Below, in pieces: positions 1 through 10,375 of a stretch of 64,000 nucleotides of DNA (the stretch's first letter is position 1; every line of letters starts with the position of its first letter). The translations under genes were made by a program, and so were the position numbers. Under the pieces are notes generated by a model, which saw nothing but the letters and a program-made list of their open reading frames with translations, ran no database searches and had not been told where the DNA came from. Origin of the DNA: an uncultured Gammaproteobacteria bacterium (GTDB lineage Bacteria; Pseudomonadota; Gammaproteobacteria; Steroidobacterales; Rariloculaceae); the NCBI GenBank assembly GCA_963714705.1, contig CAVQPJ010000006.1, positions 109,845-173,844 on the forward strand. The letters run 5' to 3'.

Positions 1-326
1 CCGCGCTCGCGGACGCTACCCGGCGCGGCGTTCTCGAGCAGCTCGCGCGCGGCAACGCCTCGATCACCGACCTTGCCGACAAGTTCGACATGACCCTCAC
101 CGGCATGAAGAAACACGTCGGCGTGCTCGAACAGGCCGGGCTCGTCACGACCGAAAAGGTCGGCCGCGTACGCAACTGCAAGATCGGCCCCTGCCGGCTC
201 GAAGAGGAAATTGAGTGGATCTCGCGATACCGCCGGGTCTGGGACGCCCGCTTCGAAGCGCTAGACCGCGTAATCGAGCAGCTCAAGTCCCGTGACAAAC
301 CCGATGTCCGCAAGAAAAGAAAGTGA
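1..326 (+). CDS. ArsR/SmtB-family transcriptional regulator (5' end outside the window)
   Basis: Frame is open from base 3: ALADATRRGVLEQLARGNASITDLADKFDMTLTGMKKHVGVLEQAGLVTTEKVGRVR, a typical ArsR winged helix; followed by an SRPBCC gene, a common pairing. Confidence 0.9.
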   Translation, partial: ALADATRRGVLEQLARGNASITDLADKFDMTLTGMKKHVGVLEQAGLVTTEKVGRVRNCKIGPCRLEEEIEWISRYRRVWDARFEALDRVIEQLKSRDKPDVRKKRK

Positions 327-333
327 GGCCCGC

Positions 334-837
334 ATGAATCGCACGACCGTTGAACGCAAGTCCGATCGCGAAGTCGTCGTCACCCGCGCGTTCGACGCGC
401 CCGCGCGCCTCGTGTTCGAGGCGTGGACTAATCCTAAGCTGTTCAAGCAATGGTGGGTGCCGCGGTCGATGGGCATGACGCTGCGTTCGTGCGAGCTGGA
501 TGTGCGCATCGGCGGCAAATACCGCCTCGTGTTCGGCGACGACCCCGCGAACCCGGTGGCCTTCTTCGGCAAGTACCTCGACGTGGTGCCGGACCAGCGC
601 ATCGTCTGGACGAATGAGGAAAGCGGCGCCGACGGTTCCGTCACCACCGTCACCTTCGAAGAGAAGAACGGCAAGACGACGCTCGTGATGAGCGAGCTCT
701 ACCCGACGAAGGAAGCGCTCGACGCCGCCGGCACCGGCGCGCAGGAAGCCATGAACGAGACGTTCGGGCAGCTCGACGAGCTGCTCGCCTCGCTCGCCGC
801 CAATCCTCGAGCAACGGCACGGCCTGCAGCCCGATAG
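334..837 (+). CDS. SRPBCC/AHSA1 (START-like) domain protein
   Basis: REVVVTRAFDAPARLVFEAWTNPKLFKQWW...DVRIGGKYRL motif; ATG at 334 chosen, the ORF track starts at 292. Confidence 0.9.
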   Translation: MNRTTVERKSDREVVVTRAFDAPARLVFEAWTNPKLFKQWWVPRSMGMTLRSCELDVRIGGKYRLVFGDDPANPVAFFGKYLDVVPDQRIVWTNEESGADGSVTTVTFEEKNGKTTLVMSELYPTKEALDAAGTGAQEAMNETFGQLDELLASLAANPRATARPAAR

Positions 838-910
838 TGGCTTCCGTGTGCCATCTTTGCCCACATGCGGCCAATTACATGCGCGCCCACCGTTAGCCCT
901 CTCCCTCCGA

Positions 911-931
911 TTGGTGTATGCTTGGTGTATG
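911..931 (+). promoter_or_regulatory. Tandem direct repeat TTGGTGTATG-C-TTGGTGTATG over the vapB start; candidate operator and -10 box
   Basis: 10-mer at 911-920 and 922-931; TATGCT (917-922) lies 6 nt before ATG 929; no Shine-Dalgarno seen. Confidence 0.6.
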
Positions 932-1132
932 GCTCGCACAAACATTGACATCGACGAGAAGGCCTGCGCCTCAGTTATGCGACGCTACCGGCTAAAAACG
1001 AAACGCGAAGCGATTAACTTCGCATTGCGCGCTATGGCGGCGGAACCGCTAACCGTGAAATCTGCCCGCGAGCTGCGAGGCACCGGCTGGAGCGGTGATT
1101 TAGACGCGATGCGCACCGATCGAGCGTCTTGA
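929..1132 (+). CDS. vapB: Type II toxin-antitoxin antitoxin, VapB family
   Basis: MARTNIDIDE...VMRRYRLKTKREAINFALR...GWSGDLDAMR; stop overlaps the start of the PIN gene. Confidence 0.9.
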   Translation: MARTNIDIDEKACASVMRRYRLKTKREAINFALRAMAAEPLTVKSARELRGTGWSGDLDAMRTDRAS

Positions 1133-1530
1133 TTCTCATTGACACCTCAGCGTGGATCGAGTTTCTGCGCGACACGCGCTCGTCGGTTTGCGAGCGCGTC
1201 GACAAACTACTTGGATCGAAGATTGCGACGTGCGATGCCGTTCGGATGGAAGTCCTCGCGGGCGCGCGCGATCAGCAGCACTTGGAGCAGCTCCGGCGGC
1301 TGCTTGCGCGGGCCACGCTCCTTCCAACCGAGTCGATCGACTTCGACACGGCGGCCGCGGTTTATCGTAGTTGTCGCAGTCAAGGCAAAACTGTTCGCAA
1401 GCTTATCGACTGTTTGATTGCCGCAGTCGCGATGCGCGCAAACGTTCCACTCCTGCATCTGGACCACGACTTCACGGCTATTGCTGCGGCCACTGACCTT
1501 CGCGTCGATCACGCGAAAAAAACGTCTTGA
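1129..1530 (+). CDS. vapC: PIN-domain ribonuclease toxin, VapC family
   Basis: MILIDTSAWIEF, EVLAG, IDCLIAAVA and LHLDHDF carry the PIN acidic residues. Confidence 0.93.
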   Translation: MILIDTSAWIEFLRDTRSSVCERVDKLLGSKIATCDAVRMEVLAGARDQQHLEQLRRLLARATLLPTESIDFDTAAAVYRSCRSQGKTVRKLIDCLIAAVAMRANVPLLHLDHDFTAIAAATDLRVDHAKKTS

Positions 1531-1738
1531 GCGGCTCACCAACCGGCGGAATCCTACACCCCCGATGAAGGTACCGACTCAAACCTCCCTCGGTTTGCGT
1601 CGAATCGCCCGGCGCGAAAGCGGTCCGGTAACGGCTGCCACATTTTCTAGCGCGGCGCCTCGCCGTGGCGGACCAGATAAAGCAGCAGTCCCAAGCTGCG
1701 CAACGACCCAAGCCTCAAGGGAAATCGTGCGTAAATCC

Positions 1739-1867
1739 TCACGGCCGCCGACCCGCGTTCATCAGGTCGAGCAACGGCAAGTAGCTCAGCGGCGTACTCG
1801 TCTCGGGGAATGCCTTGAAAACATCGAGCAGGCTCGCGCCGGCCCGTAACGAGCGCAGATACGGCAA
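1739..1867 (-). pseudogene. Internally deleted remnant of a peroxidase-related/CMD-family gene
   Basis: GGAGG SD then TTG start, 42 aa: LPYLRSLRAGASLLDVFKAFPETSTPL-SYLPLLDLMNAGRRP*; N-terminus resembles peroxidase-related AhpD-like proteins, the core is missing. Confidence 0.5.
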
Positions 1868-1876
1868 TGTCGCCTC

Positions 1877-2553
1877 CTATCCCCGCGGGGCGCCGTCAAC
1901 GAGCGACGGCGAACGACCTAAGCGCCACCGAAAGACGAGGTGTCCGGTCAAAGCCGCAAGAGCCACCATGGCCACAACCACACCGCCATGCCACGCGAAC
2001 GTAATCGCACTGTTCGCATGCGGCAGCGACAGACACGCACCGACATTGGCCAAGGCTCCCACGGCCAGCGCCGCGAGCGCGGCCGTCGCTCCCGGGCGGA
2101 GCGGAGCCCCACGACGGAGCATCACCGTCAGCGCCAGCATGAGCGGCGCGCCACCGATAACGATGAAGCCGACGCATAGCCACTCATGGCTCGCGGCCAT
2201 CACTGTTGCCCAGTCGAAGTTCCACGGTGACGAGACGACGAGCGTTCCAAGCCAAACAAGCGCCGCCAACCCCGCCCACACGCGCGAGTGTTTCGGGAAA
2301 CCGGGAACCACCGACGCGAAGGCCGCTCGGCTTGCAGTGAGCCCCATCACGACGGCAGCGAGCTGCGACACCCAGAAATCCCGTGCCGACGCGGTCAGCA
2401 TCCGGTCCGACTGCGCTCATCATTACCACCAGGAGACCGACGTAGAACAACGCGCCAACGGACCACGCCACCGCTCGCCGAGCCGGGCCGCCACAGCGGG
2501 GCAACGGGCGTGAGCCCTCGAGCCAAGTTTTCGATCAAATCGTTCGTGTTCAT
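1877..2553 (-). CDS. nrsF: NrsF-family (DUF1109) membrane anti-sigma factor, frameshifted
   Basis: Starts MNTNDLIENLARGLTPVAPL with ATGA overlap to the sigma gene; C-terminal part MLRRGAPLRPG...LSLPH...FAWH with several TM helices; frame breaks near 2400-2490. Confidence 0.8.
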
Positions 2554-3124
2554 TCGCGTCTCTTGCCGAGCGTGCGCCGTAACGTTGCCATCGCGCGGTG
2601 CGTCGCCACCTTGAGTGCACCCACACTGGTGCCCGACAGCTCTGCCGCTTCCTTGAGCGACAGCTCCTTGAGCTTCAAGAGCTCGATCGCCTGCCGCTGC
2701 CCCTCCGGCAGCGCACGCACGGCCGCATGCAGACGCCGCCGCGTCGCCCAGCTCACTGATATCGTCATTCGTTTCGGGCACGGAAAAGGTTACGTCTTCC
2801 TCATCCACGTGAATCTCGCGCCGCGCGATTCGCGCGTACCGCCGCGCGCCATCGACCAGCCGATGGCGCACGATCGCGAGCAGCCACGGCACGAACGGCC
2901 GCGCCGGATCGTAGGTCGCACGCACCGTGTGCACGGACAGCAACACGTCTTGCACGAGATCCTCCACCTCGGCGATTCCGGCAAAGCCGCGCTGCCGCTT
3001 GATGATCTGGCGAATTCGCGGCGTGATCACACGCAGCAGCTCGAGATACGACGCGCCGTCGCCCTGCTGCGCCGCGCGCATCAGCTCACCCAGCGAATCG
3101 ATGGCGGAGCGTTGATTCAGTCAT
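2550..3124 (-). CDS. ECF sigma-70 factor (SigF/ECF16-like), frameshifted
   Basis: Region 2: MRAAQQGDGASY...VEDLVQDVLLSVH...YDPARPFVPWLLAIVRHRLVD; region 4: LPEGQRQAIELLKLKELSLKEAA...KVATHRA; frame break near 2745; start uncertain. Confidence 0.88.
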
Positions 3125-3150
3125 GGCACGAGAACCAGTTTACGGCACGC

Positions 3151-3176
3151 GTAACCTTTTTGCGGACTGCGGCGAA
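3151..3176 (+). promoter_or_regulatory. SigF-type ECF promoter GTAACC-N16-CGAA for the bufferin operon
   Basis: GTAACC (3151-3156), 16 nt, CGAA (3173-3176); matches the consensus known for Caulobacter sigma-F; cognate sigma gene is adjacent. Confidence 0.8.
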
Positions 3177-3253
3177 TCAACAGGCACTGGTCAAACGGAC
3201 CAGCAACCACGGCGCAACGACGCCGACTCGTCCAAATCGTAAGGAGCTTTTCA

Positions 3254-3520
3254 ATGAACAAACGCGTACTCATCGCATCGGCGCTCGCAGCGGCCATCGC
3301 CGGCCCGTCACTCCTCTCCGCGCAACCGGCGGCCGAGCCGACCTTCAAGGCGGAGAAGTGTTACGGAATCGCCAAGGCCGGCAAGAACGACTGCGCCTCC
3401 ACGGGCAACAACTCGTGCGCCGGCACTGCCAAAGCGAATGCCGACCCGCGCGCGTGGATCTTCGTGCCCGCGGGCTACTGCGAGCGCATCGTCAGCGGCA
3501 GCCTGACGCCGAAGGCTTAA
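3254..3520 (+). CDS. bufA: DUF2282 / BufA1-type bufferin precursor (secreted Cys-rich metal-binding RiPP)
   Basis: Signal peptide then EKCYGIAKAGKNDC...SCAGT...WIFVPAGYCERI (4 Cys); AAGGAG SD. Confidence 0.9.
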   Translation: MNKRVLIASALAAAIAGPSLLSAQPAAEPTFKAEKCYGIAKAGKNDCASTGNNSCAGTAKANADPRAWIFVPAGYCERIVSGSLTPKA

Positions 3521-3522
3521 CC

Positions 3523-4423
3523 GTGCAGGGCGCGGTCGCCACTCGCACCGAGCGCGGCGCCGGCGATGCTCGCGGAGCGGGCGTCGGCTTGCGACTACCG
3601 CATTTGGCCGAAGTGGCGGCCGGCGTCCCCACGGCTAGCTTGGCTCGAGGTTCATCCGGAGAACTTCCTCGCGAACCCCCACGCGAGGGAGTTACTCCTC
3701 GAGATCGCGCAGCGACACTTCATCTCGCTGCACAGCGTTGGGTTGTCCGTCGGCAGCGTCGACGGCGTGGACCGCGAGCATCTAAAGCGCATTGGCCGGC
3801 TCGTCGACGAAGTCGAGCCGATCCTGGTGTCAGGCCACCTCGCTTGGTCCACGCATCGCGGCGTGTATCTCAACGATCTCCTGCCGCTTCCGTACGACGA
3901 CGAGACGTTGGGCATCGTCGCCGCGCACGTCCACGAGGTGCAGGACGCTCTCGCCCGACCTTACGTCGTCGAAAATCCCGCGAGCTACGTGGGCTTCGAC
4001 ACGTCTACGCGCACAGAGGCGGACTTTCTCGCGGAGCTCGTGACACGCACGGGCTGTCAATTGCTCTGCGACGTGAGCAACGTGTTCTTGAGCGCGGCCA
4101 ATATGGGCTACGACGCCTACGCGTACATCGATGCGTTCCCCGCGCACGCCGTCGCCGAGATTCATCTCGGCGGCTTCACCCGCGAGGCCGACGAGGCCAC
4201 ACCTGGCGGCGAGATCCTCATCGATACGCACGCGGGCGCGATCGCGGAGCCGGTATGGGATCTTTATGCACATGCGCTTCGCCGCTTCGGCCCGCGACCG
4301 ACGTTGATCGAATGGGACAACGACCTCCCGTCCTTCACGCAATTGTTGGCCGAAGCCGCGCGCGCCGACGCCGTCGCAGCCGCCGCCCTCGATCATGGAC
4401 ACTCGCGTGCCTTCGCTGGCTGA
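3523..4423 (+). CDS. bufB: DUF692 / MNIO multinuclear non-heme iron oxidative enzyme (bufferin maturase), frameshift near 3620
   Basis: GVGLRLPH (upstream frame), WLEVHPENF, HSVGLSVG, SGHLAW, ENPASY, LLCDVSN, EIHLGG, IDTH, LIEWD. Confidence 0.9.
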
Positions 4424-5193
4424 TCTGCAAGGCAGCGTCGCCCGCGCCATGACGACGGGCGAACGTCAGCCCATCGCCGCGCAGCTCGTGGGCGGCACCG
4501 ATCCGACCAGGCGCCTCGACATCCACCTGCGTCACTACGAAGCGAGCTTGGTCGCCGCGCTGCGCGACAAGTTCGCGGCCTGCGCGTGGCTCGCGGGCGC
4601 GGATCTCGTGCGCGCTGCCGCGCGTGCGTACGTGCACGCGCATCCGCCGCGGCAGCCTTGCATCGCGGAATACGGCGAGCGAGTTTCCGCGCTTCCTCGC
4701 GAACTTCGGGCACGCGCCGGCGGTGCCGTATCTCGAGTCGTTCGCCGCGCTCGAGTGGGCCGTGGGCCGGGTGTCCATCGCGATCGACCATCCGCCCCTC
4801 TCGTGGCAGGACCTCGCGCAGATCGGACCGGAGCGCCTGATCGACTCCTCTCTCACGTTGCAGCCGGGCGTGCGCTATTTGCGCTCAGCCTGGCGCGTGG
4901 ACCGGCTCATGATTTTGTACCTGAGCGGCACCGAGCCCCAGCGCTTTGAATTGCCGGAAGCGGATACCTTCATCGAGGTCCGGGGCGCGCGCGGCGCCAT
5001 GCACGTCGCACCCCTCGGTGGCGCGACCTTCGCGTTTCGCACGGAGCTCGCGACTGGCAGCTCGATCAGCATCGCGGCCGATCGTGCGCTCGAGTTCGAC
5101 GCGAACTTCGATCCGGGTGAAGCACTTCGCCTGCTTGCGAGCATCGGCCTCGTCGCGGGAACGACCTTCACCGAAAAGGCGCACGCACCGTGA
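4395..5193 (+). CDS. bufC: DUF2063 / HvfC-BufC-type MNIO partner protein, frameshift near 4685
   Basis: LADLQ...RRLDIH...SLVAALRDKF...HPP...EYGE joined to FPRFL...PYLESFAALEWA; position in the operon. Confidence 0.8.
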
Positions 5194-5621
5194 CCCAACT
5201 TACCGCCCTCAGGGAACACCTCGAGCGTTTCCCGTTGTCGATCCTTCAACTCGCCATGCGGATCAGCGTAGGTGCCGTGTTCTTTCGCTCCGGGCTTCTG
5301 AAGCTCGACTCCTGGGAGTTCACGATTCAGCTGTTTCGCGATGAGTACAAGGTGCCGCTGCTCGATCCGCTGCTTGCCGCTCAAGCCGCCACGATCGTAG
5401 AGCTCGGCGTCCCACCGCTGCTGTTCGCCGGGCTCGCCACTCGGTTTGCGACGCTGCCGCTCCTCGGCATGATCGCCGTGATTCAGGTGTTCGTGTATCC
5501 GAACGCTTGGAGCGATCACTTGATGTGGGCCTCGGCTCTACTACTCGTTCTGACCCGCGGACCCGGTTTCCTTTCACTCGACCACGTGATCGCGAGAATG
5601 AAAGCGGCGCGAACGCCGTAG
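5190..5621 (+). CDS. DoxX-family membrane protein
   Basis: FFRSGLLK...LFRDEY...ELGVPPLLFAGLATR...HLMW...GPGFLSLD; usual fourth gene of bufferin loci. Confidence 0.9.
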   Translation: MTQLTALREHLERFPLSILQLAMRISVGAVFFRSGLLKLDSWEFTIQLFRDEYKVPLLDPLLAAQAATIVELGVPPLLFAGLATRFATLPLLGMIAVIQVFVYPNAWSDHLMWASALLLVLTRGPGFLSLDHVIARMKAARTP

Positions 5622-5667
5622 TGGCCGCACGGCTCGAAATAGTTGGAAAACTTGACGATCGGAACGA

Positions 5668-7176
5668 TCACTGGGGCGCCGGAACCGCCACGCCCCGCTG
5701 CGCGGCCACCGCTTTGTAAGCCGAGTAGTACTTATAGACGTTGCCCACGTAATCGACGGTCTCCCGGCCGATCACGCGTGCCGCAATGATCTCGACGTTA
5801 CCGAACCACTGGTTCGGGTCGAGACCGACGGCGGCGGCCTTCTGCCGCAGCTCCGCCACGCGCGCGGGCCCGGCGTTGTAAGCAGCGAGCGTCAAGAGGC
5901 CCTGGTCGAGGGTATCGATGGCGGGATCCCGGAAATAGCGATCGCGGAGGAAGTTCATGTACTTGATGCTGGCGTGAATGTTGTTCTCGAGGACTTCCAC
6001 GTTGGCGATGCCGACGTTGCGATCGGCCGCCGTGGAAGGCTTGATCTGCATGACGCCGACTGCGCCGGCTTCGCTGCGCTTCGAGTGGTCGAGCTGCGAT
6101 TCCTGATAGCCCTGCGCAACCGCGAGGAGCCAGTCGGAGCCATATTGGTCGGCGTACTCGCGGAAATGCTCCGCCATGGATCGATATCTCGCGAGGTCGG
6201 CGGCGCTTGTCGGATTGTTGAGCCGCCGGGTAGTGCCGAGATAGCGCTGGAGCAAGACGTTGCCGAACAGCGTGCCGGCACGGTGCTTGACGACGAAACC
6301 GTCGATGATCTTCTTGATCTGCGGCGTGTCTTTGCGCAAGGCCCAGGCAATCTGCCCGTCGGAGCGCAACGCCACTTGCGAGTGCACGACTAGCTGGTCG
6401 TACAGCTGCGCCCAGAATTCCGCGATCGGGCGCTTGCTGACCGTCGCCGGAATGATGCCGGCGTCGACCATCTGCAACACGTCCTCTTCCTCGAGCCGCG
6501 CATCGACTTCCTGGATCGAGACCGGACGCAGTCCCGCGTTCGACAAACGCTCGTTCAGCGCGACGAGATCCTCGTAATAGCTGCTCGCGCGCTGCACGTG
6601 AATCTCGCTCCCGGCGAGATCGGCTTCCGTCAGCACGGCGGGCGCATCCTTGCTCGTGACGACGACATTCTCGATCCCACGCATCGTCGGCGCGGAGAAG
6701 TCGACGATTTCGCGGCGCAAGTCGGTGACGGTGAACGCGCCGATCGCGACGTCGCCGTAGCCTTCGGCCAGAGCCGGCAGCAGACGGTCGCGCGTCGTCG
6801 GAATGATCACGATCTTCGGCCGCACGCGCGAGCCGGGGATCAGCGGCAGCTGGCTCTCGAGCTCACGCAGAGATTCGTAGGCAATGCCTTTCTGCAAGGG
6901 GCCGTCCAGGTAATAGAGCGTGCGGCTATACGGCACGAGCACCCGCAGGAAGCGGCGCTCGGCAAGGTCGTCGTAGTCCCCGGCCCAACGCTGGTTCATA
7001 TTGAGGATGTCAGCTGCGTCGAGGTCCTGAAACGGCCGGGGATCCGTGGCCGGGTCCGTGGCGGTCGACGCGCCCGGCTCGGCGTTCGGCGCCGCTTGCT
7101 CGGCAGTGGCGGTTGGCTGCGCGTCCACATGAAACGCCGTCAGGACGACGGCAATGCCGAGAGCAAAGCATCGCAT
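5668..7176 (-). CDS. MltF-like lytic transglycosylase (periplasmic-binding domain plus SLT domain)
   Basis: AQGYQESQL, GAVGVMQIKPST and LAAYNAGP SLT motifs; N-terminal solute-binding domain; signal peptide. Confidence 0.9.
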   Translation of the reverse strand: MRCFALGIAVVLTAFHVDAQPTATAEQAAPNAEPGASTATDPATDPRPFQDLDAADILNMNQRWAGDYDDLAERRFLRVLVPYSRTLYYLDGPLQKGIAYESLRELESQLPLIPGSRVRPKIVIIPTTRDRLLPALAEGYGDVAIGAFTVTDLRREIVDFSAPTMRGIENVVVTSKDAPAVLTEADLAGSEIHVQRASSYYEDLVALNERLSNAGLRPVSIQEVDARLEEEDVLQMVDAGIIPATVSKRPIAEFWAQLYDQLVVHSQVALRSDGQIAWALRKDTPQIKKIIDGFVVKHRAGTLFGNVLLQRYLGTTRRLNNPTSAADLARYRSMAEHFREYADQYGSDWLLAVAQGYQESQLDHSKRSEAGAVGVMQIKPSTAADRNVGIANVEVLENNIHASIKYMNFLRDRYFRDPAIDTLDQGLLTLAAYNAGPARVAELRQKAAAVGLDPNQWFGNVEIIAARVIGRETVDYVGNVYKYYSAYKAVAAQRGVAVPAPQ

Positions 7177-7299
7177 GGCGGAGACCGTCGTCGTGCGTTC
7201 GCGCGAACGGGATCTGTTAGTCACACACGCCCATGGAGTGCGATTCCCTCGAATCAGTCTCGCATCAATAGCCCGCGATCGCCACAGGGGAAATGGGAC

Positions 7300-7587
7300 C
7301 TAGTGCGCAGTCTCGGCTGCGGCCTTCTCATCGCCAAGGAGAGCCCACTCGGTGTACCGAGACGTGGGGGCCTTGATCTCTTTGCGATCCCTCAGCCGCT
7401 GGATTGCTTGCTCCACTTTCTTCGCAGCGTCGGGTTCGGTGAGCCGTGCGCGACTCTTCCGCGACAGGAGTAGCCGCGCCTCGGGCGGAACGCTGCGGCT
7501 GTCAGCACGTTTACCGTTCGCCACCAACTGCTGGATGGCTTCCTTCACCGACGCTTCGGCGAGTCTGTCGAAGTGGTCCAATGCCAT
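7300..7587 (-). CDS. Hypothetical protein (95 aa)
   Basis: AGGAG SD before ATG, plausible composition, no family recognised. Confidence 0.6.
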   Translation of the reverse strand: MALDHFDRLAEASVKEAIQQLVANGKRADSRSVPPEARLLLSRKSRARLTEPDAAKKVEQAIQRLRDRKEIKAPTSRYTEWALLGDEKAAAETAH

Positions 7588-7733
7588 AGCTTCTCCTCAA
7601 CGCCGATCACAGCCTGAATGGGTTCACGGGAAGGTTCAAGGATCTAGACGACCGCCGCGACGCCCGACCTGTCTTACGGCACCTCGCGGTTCACAGTAGA
7701 CTGCCGCGACCGCAAGCTGCGGCGACGACGGCG

Positions 7734-8216
7734 GTGAGGGGAATGCGAGGACGAAGCGCGATACGTCGGTGCTTGCTGACCGTGCTGCTGGCCTTCGCGG
7801 GCGTCGCGCTCGCACAGGACTCGGGAGTTTTCGGCGCGCGGCTCGACTGGGTGCCGATCAGCGGCGCCGAGCGCAACGACGTCTCCGGGAGCGGCTCGAT
7901 CCGCGCGACGTTGACGCGCTCCCGCCTCGAGATCACCGGTTGCTTCGAGGGCCTTCCAGCCGCCGCAACTCGTGCGAGTCTTCATCGAGGCGTCGCGACG
8001 GGCGCGCGCGGACCTGCGATCGCCGAGCTCACGATCACGGCGAACGCCGCCGGCACGTTGTCCGGCAACGTCGACTTGAGCCGCGAGCAACGCGACGCGC
8101 TGCTCGCGGGACACCTCTATATACAGCTGCACGCGCAGCGCGGGGTTGCACCGGATAACGCCGTGCTCTGGGGTTGGCTGCTGGCGAGCCAAGCGACCTC
8201 GAGCTGCACGGCATGA
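7734..8216 (+). CDS. Secreted CHRD-domain protein
   Basis: Signal peptide; GSGSIRATL...FEGL...ATRASLHRG...[15 protein letters not shown] pattern; stop overlaps the next start. Confidence 0.8.
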   Translation: MRGMRGRSAIRRCLLTVLLAFAGVALAQDSGVFGARLDWVPISGAERNDVSGSGSIRATLTRSRLEITGCFEGLPAAATRASLHRGVATGARGPAIAELTITANAAGTLSGNVDLSREQRDALLAGHLYIQLHAQRGVAPDNAVLWGWLLASQATSSCTA

Positions 8217-10300
8217 AATCCATGCTTCGCACAGCCGTGCTTCTCGCGCCCGTCGCGTTATCCGCGGCACCGGCGTTCGCGTTCACCGCCGAGCAAGCCG
8301 CCGCCGGCCGCGCGGCCTACGATCAGACCTGCGTCACCTGCCACGGCCCGAGCCTGCGCCAGCTGCCAAACGCACTGCTCGCCGGCGACGAGTTCCTCGG
8401 CCGCTGGGGCAATCGCCCGACGAGCGATCTCATTGCGCAGGCACGCTCGACGATGCCGCCGGACAACCCGGGCGGCCTTCCGGCGGAAACCTATGCGAAC
8501 GTCGTCGCGTACTTGCTGCAAGCGAACGGTGGCGCGCCGAGCGAGAACGCGATCGACGCGGGCACGACGGCGCGCGTCGGCCAAGGCCTCACGGGTCGAG
8601 CTCCCGCAGCGCTCGCAGCCGCGGCAGCGCCGAGCGCGGCGGCAGCGCCGACGGGCGTCATCGTCGCGGGCACGGTGCCGAGCTTCACGCCGGTCACGGA
8701 CGCGATGCTGCGCAGTCCCGCCGCCGAAGACTGGCTCATGCTGCGCCGCGACTACAGCGCCACGAGCTACAGCCCGCTGACCGAGATCACGCCTGAGAAC
8801 GCGCGTCAGCTTCGGCTCGCATGGATCTGGCCGATGCGCGACGGCGGGACGAACCAACCCGCGCCGCTCGTGTACGACGGCACGCTGTATCTCGCGAACA
8901 CGGGCGGAATCATCCAGGCGCTCGACGCGAAGACGGGCGACCTGATCTGGGAGCACCACGTCGGCGCCGAGATCGCGCCGCGCGGCATCACGCTGTACCG
9001 GAACATGCTGATCTTCCAGAGCGCCGGCGAGTGGGCCGTCCGGCCGCAGGCCGCGCGCCTCGTCGCGCTCGACGCACGCACGGGCGAGCCCGTCTGGAGC
9101 GTCGAGATGCCGAACGTCTACGCGACGAACAGCGGCCCGATCGTCGCGAACGGCCTGCTGATCCAAGGCGGGGGCACGTGCACGGTCTACGAGGAGACGA
9201 AGTGCTCCATCAGCGCGTACGACGCCGCGACTGGCGAGCAGCGCTGGCTCTTCCGCACGATCGCGCTCGAAGGCGAGCCCGCCGGCGATAGCTGGGGCGG
9301 GCTGCCGGATCTCTACCGCGCCGGCGGTGAAGCGTGGATCACCGGCAGCTACGACCCCGACTTGAATCTCACGTACTGGGGCACGGCGCAGGCGAAGCCG
9401 TGGATGCCCGCGAGCCGCGGCATGCACACGAGCGACGTCGCGCTATACACGAGCTCGACGCTGGCGCTGAACGCGACGACGGGCGAGCTGAAGTGGCACT
9501 ACGCGCACGCGCCCGGCGAGGCGTTCGATCTCGACGTCGTCTTCGAGCGCGTGCTCGTCGACGCCGGCGCGCAGAAGCTCGTGTTTTCCGTCGGCAAGGA
9601 CGGCGTGCTGTGGAAGCACGATCGCCGCACCGGCGAGTACCTCGGCCATAAGGAAACCGTGTTCCAGAACGTCTGGGCGAGCTTCGACCGCGAGACGGGC
9701 CGGCCGCGGTATCGCGCCGACATTCTCGAGAGCAAGGTCGGCGAATGGATCGACGCCTGCCCGAGCACGGCCGGCGGCAAGAACTGGCACGCGATGAGCT
9801 TCCACGCCCCGACGCGGCAACTGATCATTCCCTTGAGCCAGAGCTGCGTCTCGCTGCGCGCACAGGCCATCGAGCAAGTGCCGGGCGGCGGCAGCGGCGG
9901 CGGCGCCGATCGGCGCTTCTATACGATGCCGGGCACGAACGGCAACGTCGGCAAGCTCGCCGCGTTCAACGTCGACACGCTCGAGCAGACGTGGTCGCTC
10001 GAGCAGCGAGCGTCGTTCATGACGTCCGTGCTGTCGACGGCCGGCGGCGTCGCATTCGCCGGCGATCTCGACCGCAGCTTCAAAGGCGTCGACGTGCGCG
10101 ACGGCAGTGTCGTCTTCGAGACGCGGCTCGCGACTTCGGTGCAAGGCTTCCCGATCAGCTTTGCCGTGGACGGCAAGCAGTACATCGCCGTGGCGACGGG
10201 TTTGGGCGGCGGCAGCCCGCGCGGCGTGCCGGCGACGATCACGCCCGAGCTGCGCCCGCCAAATCGCGGCCAAGCGCTGTACGTGTTCGCGCTGCCCTGA
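8213..10300 (+). CDS. PQQ-dependent dehydrogenase with N-terminal cytochrome c
   Basis: Signal peptide, CVTCH heme motif, PQQ propeller repeats ([32 protein letters not shown]). Confidence 0.92.
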   Translation: MKSMLRTAVLLAPVALSAAPAFAFTAEQAAAGRAAYDQTCVTCHGPSLRQLPNALLAGDEFLGRWGNRPTSDLIAQARSTMPPDNPGGLPAETYANVVAYLLQANGGAPSENAIDAGTTARVGQGLTGRAPAALAAAAAPSAAAAPTGVIVAGTVPSFTPVTDAMLRSPAAEDWLMLRRDYSATSYSPLTEITPENARQLRLAWIWPMRDGGTNQPAPLVYDGTLYLANTGGIIQALDAKTGDLIWEHHVGAEIAPRGITLYRNMLIFQSAGEWAVRPQAARLVALDARTGEPVWSVEMPNVYATNSGPIVANGLLIQGGGTCTVYEETKCSISAYDAATGEQRWLFRTIALEGEPAGDSWGGLPDLYRAGGEAWITGSYDPDLNLTYWGTAQAKPWMPASRGMHTSDVALYTSSTLALNATTGELKWHYAHAPGEAFDLDVVFERVLVDAGAQKLVFSVGKDGVLWKHDRRTGEYLGHKETVFQNVWASFDRETGRPRYRADILESKVGEWIDACPSTAGGKNWHAMSFHAPTRQLIIPLSQSCVSLRAQAIEQVPGGGSGGGADRRFYTMPGTNGNVGKLAAFNVDTLEQTWSLEQRASFMTSVLSTAGGVAFAGDLDRSFKGVDVRDGSVVFETRLATSVQGFPISFAVDGKQYIAVATGLGGGSPRGVPATITPELRPPNRGQALYVFALP

Positions 10301-10375
10301 ACGACCCGGCGCGAGTTGCGCAACGGCCGTTGATCGTGTGGCACACTTCAACTCACGACTACGTGGGGAAAACCG

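Noticed and set aside
1645..1690. Minus-strand LLLYLVRHGEA, like the start of a SixA/histidine phosphatase
   Set aside because: Only about 11 residues, no start codon or SD, stop follows at once; could be chance
2563..4452. 629-aa plus-strand ORF and many similar long Arg/Ala-rich ORFs (for example 14692-16719, 14753-16792, 30754-32640)
   Set aside because: Shadow or alternative frames of high-GC genes; only short parts are real where frameshifts move a true gene into that frame
7606..7640. TGAA-N4-TTCA and GTTCA repeats as another copy of the TTCAG operator
   Set aside because: Spacing is 12 bp, not 11, and the match to the 17-mer is poor
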